64,000 nucleotides of DNA, taken from the NCBI GenBank assembly GCA_964035545.1, contig OZ037771.1, forward strand, positions 6,605,190-6,669,189. The letters run 5' to 3'. Under the pieces are notes generated by a model. The model made no database searches, was not told where the DNA came from, and was given only the letters and a program-made list of their open reading frames with translations. The translations under genes and the position numbers were made by a program. Shown in pieces: positions 50,841 through 64,000 of the stretch (within the stretch, counting starts at the first letter, position 1; the number at the start of each line of letters is the position of its first letter). The stretch is from Bugula neritina (lineage: Eukaryota > Animalia > Bryozoa).

Positions 50841-53800
50841 ATGGCTGAGACAACCTTTTATGACTACAAATGTGGGTTTTGTTTGAGTTCCTATGAATAT
50901 ATGTCTGATCCAAGAACACTGGACTGCGGTCACTCGTTCTGTCTGAGATGTTTGAAGGGAGATCTTCAGGTCTATAAAAGAGTCGAGTGTCCAGAGTGCA
51001 AGTAAGTGCCAGAGTTGCTTGAAAGTCAAGTCCAGTCAAGTCGTGGTTGAATGAAGAGTTTAAATCAGCTTGATGTTGAGTATAACAATGATTTTAGTTG
51101 GCTTGAGTTTATTTGAATGATTTACAAGTTTTCACATAATTGAAAACTTCTCTAGATTTATTAAAAATACCGACATTTGGCCGTTTAAATGGAAAATTCA
51201 GTGGTTTTAATGGTTATAAATATAATAGATTTGTGTATATGTATTTATAAACAACTAGCAAATAATTAGTGTTTGTAATTCAAAATTGCCATCTAGATAT
51301 AATATAAAAATATTTTCTTTATCATAAGAGTTGTAGTATATGCTAGTATACAATATAAAGTTAAGAATTTACCAGTTGAGTACTTGTAGAGTAGTGGTTC
51401 CTACTGGAAAAGATTTAGATTCACTGCCTCAAGCTCAACTGAACCAAAAAGGCTCTGAAGAAGGGGCATGTTCTGACGCCCCCGTTTGTGACAGTTGTGT
51501 GATGGAGAAAAGCAAAAAACAAGCTATAGCAAAGTTCTTTTGTGAGACATGCAACATGAAATTTTGCATGAAACATGATCAGGTGGGTGGAATCGTAGTT
51601 ATACTGGCTTCATGCAGTGATTTGTATCTTTCTGCTAACGCAAGGCATAGAATTTTAGAAAGCTAGTGTGAGATCTACAGTTTTATATATTACAGCATAT
51701 TTGAAAGGATGGTTATGACATAAGAAGTTTTGGAATCTCACACCATTTAACATTTCAGATATTGGATGAAGAACTAAAATAAATCAGAAACCTTTACCCA
51801 TGTAAACAATTTTGCAGCAAAATGCAGTTTTTTTGCGAAATATTCACCGATGCTAATTTATTTTGTTACTGACCTTAAAATTTAAGACAAATGATTGTAG
51901 TAACTGCATGCTTAGCACCGGTGCAACAGTTAATAAGATGTTTAGCCCCTGCCTTATCCAATGTTTAGACTTTACTCAATATGGTGATATCATAGATGCA
52001 CCAGGGGTTCTTTGGTACGAGTCATCCCAGGAAAAGTATAACTGAGTATATGGAGGCGCCAGACAAATTCAAACCTCAATATTGTTCTTCTCACTCTGAT
52101 AAAGAACTGTCATTAGCCTGTGAGAGTTGTCTGAAGGTTCTCTGTGTAAACTGTGATTTTACCAGTGACGTCTGTACATCCACGGGTAGGTAATGTTCTG
52201 ATTACTTCCCTTGGCAACATTCTGTTTCAATAAGCATGGAGGAAAGTCTATGCCTTATGTTGGACACAAGTTCTAATTCCTTGCGTGTTTTTTGGTTCAT
52301 CTTACAGCACCAACTACTGAGTAGCCATGTTCACCTGATGCAGCTAATCTCTCATTTTAATATAAAATTATGACTCCTATTGCGATAGACATCACCAGCC
52401 CTACTTCTGTTTTAAACAGATACTTTTCTATGTTATGGGATGTTGTTTTTGTAGAGCAAACTTCTCATCGTCTGAATTCATTTACCGCTTTCTCAACACG
52501 TCTTTACCAGGAGTACGATGAAGCTGTAAAGAACTTTAACGATAAATCTAAGGCTATCTGCAAGCTAGAAAAACTGGCATGGAGGAGGTTAGAATTTGTA
52601 ACAGCAAAGTCAGAGAAGATGCTAGAAGAAGTTGATGAGGCAACTGAAGAACAGGTTTTTTATCAAGTCGTTTATGATAGATTATAATAATGTAATAATA
52701 TTATTATTATATTGATATAATAATTAATTTTTGAAGATCGCAGCGATACGTGAATATGCTGAAACACTGAAACAAGAAATCAAAGAGTACATAGTCAAGT
52801 GTAATGAGCAGACCGAAGCTTATTCCCAACAGATGCTGTTGAATCTGAAGACGGTGGATGAGAAAAGATCGAATATAAGGACAGCTGTTAAGAAGACGCA
52901 CCTCTCTGATCTAATCAGGGAGAGTCGGAACATGACTACCGACATCAAAACTGTAACCGACTTGAATCCTGATAAGTTTCTGCTGGAAGAGAAAGCTTTA
53001 TACAAAACGGGTGAGTTTGTGGTGTATTGATTCCTCAGTAGCCCCTGTAGTGTAAAGGTTGGCACGCTAACTTGCAAGTTGGACGTCTGTGGTTTAATTT
53101 CTAATGGGACATAGATTTATGCTGCGTTTATTGGATAGAGTTAGTATCTTCATTATTTTAACTTAAGAGGATTATATTCATAACATTGCCATTACAAGGG
53201 TATATGTCAAGTGACACAGTTGTGCAGAGCAACATGTTATTGTCCTCTTTTGGAATTTCTTTTACTAGGCATCAATAAAAACTCTAGCAAGTTTATAGTC
53301 GCTGTACCTGTGTGAACCTCTAATGGAAAGGGTTTTTTAAAGCGGGCAAAGGATTTATTCATATGTGACGGACATTATTTAATCTAATAAATTCAATTAT
53401 TCTAATTTAGTTGTTTTTTCGGATTTTGTGAACTGGATGTAGAAAAGTTTTTATTATTTCAATTTGTATAGGTGAAAATCGTAAGATTGGGGTTGGAATA
53501 CATTCTACTATTCCGAATTGTGTAAATTTTCAAAGAACAGTTGCTCCGTCATGGGATCAGCCAAGCTGTGCCACAATTCTATCTTCTGATAAACTGTTTA
53601 TTGGGAGTTCCACAGACATTCAACTTGTGAATCCACAAACAGGGACAAGAGGAACATCTATCAATTGCGCAGGGCTCATCCAATTATCTTCCTTCAAGCA
53701 GAAGGTCTATGCTCTGGTGAATGTTAGAGGAGCTCAGGTGGTGAGACAGTATTCAGCTGATCTTCAGACGTCAACTGACATCTTGACACGCGAGTCAGGT

Positions 53801-54471
53801 GCTATGACAAGTCTTACTGTGGCAGGAGGTTTCGTTGTCTTGGTTGACAATCCCAGCAAGTTGTTACGGGTATATGACTTGAGTGGTTCGCCACAGCTAG
53901 ACTTGTCAATGAAGAATTTACCTGCTCAAATTACCTGCATCTGCTCCCTCGATGAAGAGCATGTGGTGGTGGTTGCTGGTGATAGATTATACTGTTTTGC
54001 TCTAGCTGGAGACAGCTTTCCTGCCTGGACTTCTGATCCTCTAGCAGGTGGCGTGCAGGTCTGCTGTGATGAAGTCACTGGGTACATATACGCAATATCT
54101 GGCCTAACAGTGTACCTGCTGTCCCCTGGTGGTGAGTCACTTCTTATTGCATTTAATTTGACCTATTCTATCTTCTTTAATGTGATTATATTAGTAACAA
54201 TATTTAAACTGCTAGAAATAATCTTATGTTCCCATTTCTGATTCAAATCAACTAGCATTATAAATAACCACCAATGATGTTTTTTACCATATTATTGTTT
54301 TCTTTGTTAATTTTAGGGAAATATATCAAGAATCTACAAATGAGCAACAATCAGTATGGTAGTGGTATGTGTCTATGTCTATGTGTCTATGACCGCTGCT
54401 TATGCGCAGTACAAAACCAGAGACAGGGGTTTGGTGGAATTTCTCGCTTAATTTGTTGCGATTTATACTAA
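50841..54471 (+). CDS. TRIM-like E3 ligase, copy 2
   Basis: Exons at 50841-51001, 51390-51582, 51996-52185, 52455-52654, 52737-53010, 53472-54131 and 54317-54471. Frame intact, same domains as copy 1. Confidence 0.9.
53041..53162 (+). mobile_element. tRNA-derived SINE head (paralog of 44189)
   Basis: Same sequence as 44189 with a mutated B-box. Confidence 0.5.
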
Positions 54472-56342
54472 TAAGTAAATTTTCTCTTGACTTTAAGTTA
54501 ATTGCTGTTTTAAAATACGCAAAATTAAAATGTTTTATTTTACTGATCACAACGCAAAATCATATTGTTCAACTTGCTGTTTATTTATAAAGCTACAGAT
54601 GTGTGTTATTTTGTTTTCTGGTTTAAATTACAATGTATTTAAATGATTTACCAAGCTTTTTTGTGAGCAATAAATTTAGTTACTAGACATATCATGTTTG
54701 GTTGTCTGTTCAAAGTTTATAAGTTATTCTTGTGGTGGAAAAATTCTTGCTAGCAAGAATGTTATGTTGTACCGTGTGTTTTTAGCAAGAATGTAGATTC
54801 CAGTTTAAATTCTTTAACCAAAAGGAAAGCTGTCTTAACTATAAGTGATCACATACATCATTTAAATATACCACAACAGCCAACATCCCATATTTCAAGT
54901 CCTGCCATTATAGCCCAATTCTCTACAGTTGTAAGCTGCCAATACATATGCCAACAGCTTGTAAGAGTATCTTCTCTTAACACTGCAGTTCAGCAACTCT
55001 CCTCCAAAATGCATTCAGCAAATGCAGTTAGCCTAGAAGACCTGTTATATTTAGAGCAACTTTCTTGCTGATACTGCAGAGGCAATTCTCTTTCATGAAC
55101 AGACAACTCTAATAGCAAAGTTGTCAATTCTCTGGCAGATATTCAATCAAATAATCTAAAAGTGGCACAAGAAAACACTATATCATGATGCAATAAGTAA
55201 GAGTTTAGTTGTTACCTTACAGTACAATAATAGCAGCAACCAGTCTGTAACAGCCAAATTGTTTACTTAGTGGCCAGTATTTGGAATGATATTATACCAG
55301 TAGCAGGATATATAATAACATACATGCTATGCAGGTTGATGAGATCTGTAAAGGTGAATCATAATTCTATAATGAACCATATATCAACTTCACATGTGCT
55401 TTAAACCTCTTCATATAGTCCGAAAAAAAGATTTCTCTTAAATATAGTTGAATTTTCAAATGTGAATTATATATACAAAACACTAGTATACCTGTGAAAA
55501 TATTATTTACCCAGCATGGCCATATGTTGAATGTTTTACAATAATATTTCACTTGTGCAATATATAAGTAAGGTAGAAGCAACTCTTGTATAAGCTTATC
55601 ATGCGTGGAATATGCCCTTCAGAGTCTTTAACCCAACAGGCAATGAGTCCTGAGTTTATTCATTGACTGTATTATGTGCTGGAGTATGGAGCCCATTTAA
55701 CTACTTATACACACCAGGCACATAAATACATATACAGATATTATGTAAACAATAACAGTGGAGGAAATCAAAAATAGATCATTAATAATAAAAAAAAACT
55801 GCATAAACAATGGCATTAAAATGAAGAGAAATTTTTATCAATGCAATCGGTACTCATAACCATCAATGTGTACTTTATTCTAGACAAAACTAACCAACAT
55901 AATTATAAAGCTAGTGTAGCTGCCACTTTAGAATGGTAGCTATTCTGTGTATAACCGTAGTAGTGCTAAAAATAAAAGCTGACAGAGCTAATGTAAAGAG
56001 AAACTTACTAGGGCCATTTTCAGTTGGCACAATGGAGACATTTTTTTTAATAATTCATCATAAATCTATTGGTGGAGTTAGTACATGCTAAAACCCCTTT
56101 TGCTAATCCTCTACACATGATGCATAATATTTCCAAGTATCGATCTCAGATGTTTAGATTTTTAACATAAATTTAATGGCAATTTGCATGAGATTGCATC
56201 AAACATATTTTTAGAATGCTGTGAAAATTATAATTTGGAAGTTCATTATTCTGTTTTTTGCTGCTAACACATCTTTATAATATGTATGAGTTATGACTAA
56301 ACGGGTGGGGTGGGTTTTAATAATCTGTTATGGCTTATAGTG

Positions 56343-56383
56343 TAGTATAGTATAGTATAGTATAGTATAGTATAGTATAGTAT
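56343..56383. repeat. (TAGTA)n microsatellite
   Basis: About 8 pentamer units. Confidence 0.95.
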
Positions 56384-56774
56384 ACTTTATACTTAATAGA
56401 ATAAATAAACCCACATTGAGAATAAATTTGTGTGTTTTTACGAAGTTATCTGACCGTTTCTAAATTTATGCGATTGAGGACAGCTACTAAGGTCTTGCTT
56501 CAACATTAGCCTTTAGACCCAGTTTTTGCTGCAAGTTAGGCGTGGTCTAAAGGTAGCAGTAACATTTCACCCGGAATAAGGCTAAAAACTTCTTTGAAGA
56601 TTTTTAGGCAAGGATATTCCACGGTCACGTGTGCGTAGGCATTTGTGCAAACCTTTAGAACATGCCTGCTGCTGCTCTACAGCATTAGTTGTAATTTTAG
56701 ATGCAAATAGTTTGCAATAAGAATTAAGTTTATTTTTGTAATTTGATTTTCAAGATTTAATTTTGGAAATCATA

Positions 56775-62320
<5,546 letters not shown>

Positions 62321-63490
62321 TGTCCCCTTCAGTCACAATCTCTCCATCTAACCTGTCTGCTTATTCGCCAATTGATCCAATTGACTATTAATGCCGCTTG
62401 ATTTTGACACTATTATATTTTCATCAATAGCTGATTTACAATATATTTAATATTAAAGGAGATATTGTCTGTTTTACATCTCGGTATATAACCAGATAAC
62501 TGATTCAACTAGTTTTATCTTATTTTACCAGGCTTTTGGCCCCCATATTTTATATTCAAAGTTTTATTCACTTTTGGTAAAGCAGTATTATAAGGCAGCT
62601 CAGAGCTAAAGCATTGGTAATTCTTGGTAACAATTATATGTGGAATGTTTGGTGTTGTGTATTTGTCCCACTCTTGGAATGTACTGTGTACATGTGCAAT
62701 GCGCTCTTTGATAATAATACACATACACTGGTAACACTTTTAATGTCGTGTTTTCTGTACTGCTTATTTATAAGAATGTTTTGAATGCTAGTTTCTTGTC
62801 TGTTCTACTAAAGTACTACCAAATGAGAGAATAAGACTCTAAACTTTATTTTCTCTAAATCCACCATACTTCATAGCTGCACTGACTTTAGCATAGCCTT
62901 CTACCAAGATTATAATAGAAATAAATGAACTTGCACAATTATTGGTCAGAGTTAAAATATGCTGAAATAGATTAATTATATTTTCTTCATACTGAAATAT
63001 TGCTGAGGTAAGACCTCAGCATTATAGTGAAGTCTTTGGACCAGAGATCTCATCAAAGCTTTAATCCCGGACTCCTAAGTATTTAGTAGAAGCTGTTATT
63101 GAAAGTAACAGATAATTTTTTACGAAATAAAAATTTCAGCAGTAAACCTACAAAATCAACTTGTGGAGAACAATTACTCGTTTTATAGATAGGATAACTC
63201 CGATTTTGTTATAATTTGCTATTTATGGAATCGCTGTTTTGTAACCTAAAATTTCAACAAGATATTTTGGTGTACTTTTCGAGTCACAGTGTAACGCATT
63301 CGTGAATTTTATAACCGGAACTCCCATACCAGTTCCTGTTCGACTTTTTAGTACATGAATTAATTTTATGTAGTTTCAGTTAGTGTCCATCACTATAGTT
63401 AGTGTATGATATCGTGTTTTGTGCATTCTGGTGAAACATTATAGTTAAACATGGAACCATAGTTCATAGTTGTGTTACTGAGTAGTAAAA

Positions 63491-63598
63491 ATGCCAGCTG
63501 GCCCTAAACGTTCGTTTGCTAATCAGCTGGTTGGCAAAGGTACTGCTCAACATTTGAGAGAATCTGCATCTCAGGCCATCAAAGAAAGTTCACTATTG
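63491..63598 (+). CDS. DOCK9: First coding exon of a DOCK9/10/11 (zizimin, DOCK-D) Rho GEF; continues beyond the window
   Basis: MPAGPKRSFANQLVGKGTAQHLRESASQAIKESSLL|gtaagt resembles the DOCK9/11 N-terminus ([30 protein letters not shown]). Confidence 0.7.
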
Positions 63599-64000
63599 GT
63601 AAGTTTCCCTTCAGATTCTAGCTCGTGATAGAGTAGAACATAAAGTGTTACATATAGTTATATAATCGTTGCTCGTTATTCAAATGAATGACATAATGAT
63701 AATTATTTTTATAATATTCATAATGATAATCATAATGGCTAGGCCTACGCTACAGTGAGCATAACGATAATGAATATGATAATCATAATGATAATGATAA
63801 TTAATGAATTAATAATTATTGGTATTATTATATTATAAATGTGATTATTAATGTTTAACTTTAAGATAAAGATAACTAATAAGTACCGCTTTGCCTTTAG
63901 CTTTCCAAAGCCTCATCTTGGTCTTATAATAATAATTATGATTATGACTTTTTAAGCCCAGTTGCTTAAAGTCAGTTTCAGTTTGAGATACTCACACTTT

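Larger units (their letters stand above)
47342..55859 (+). repeat. Tandem segmental duplication, copy 2
   Basis: Colinear with 39470-47119 and carries copy-specific insertions. Confidence 0.9.

Overview
AT-rich invertebrate (metazoan) nuclear DNA with spliceosomal introns. Host genes: an ALDH1/2-family aldehyde dehydrogenase (minus strand, runs off the window start), head-to-head with DHRS12; an orphan mucin-like type I membrane protein; two tandem-duplicated TRIM-like RING/B-box/B-box/coiled-coil/putative beta-propeller genes; a complete 7-exon PRPS1; and the first coding exon of a DOCK9/10/11 gene. The inferred ALDH intron 1 (3589-25057, GC-AG, about 21.5 kb) is packed with transposon relics: a Penelope-like element with hammerhead ribozymes, a gag+protease-only Gypsy element, Sola2, RTE, CR1/L2-like, BEL/Pao, and a 4x tandem zinc-finger/PPT/LTR unit. 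Every relic whose strand I can read is antisense to the host gene. The ALDH-DHRS12 divergent promoter is split by a 3.7-kb ISL2EU-like foldback element with about 1.08-kb inverted arms, apparently formed by inverted duplication of the element's own 3' end. Exon boundaries and family calls were made by eye from translations and recalled motifs; no database searches were run.
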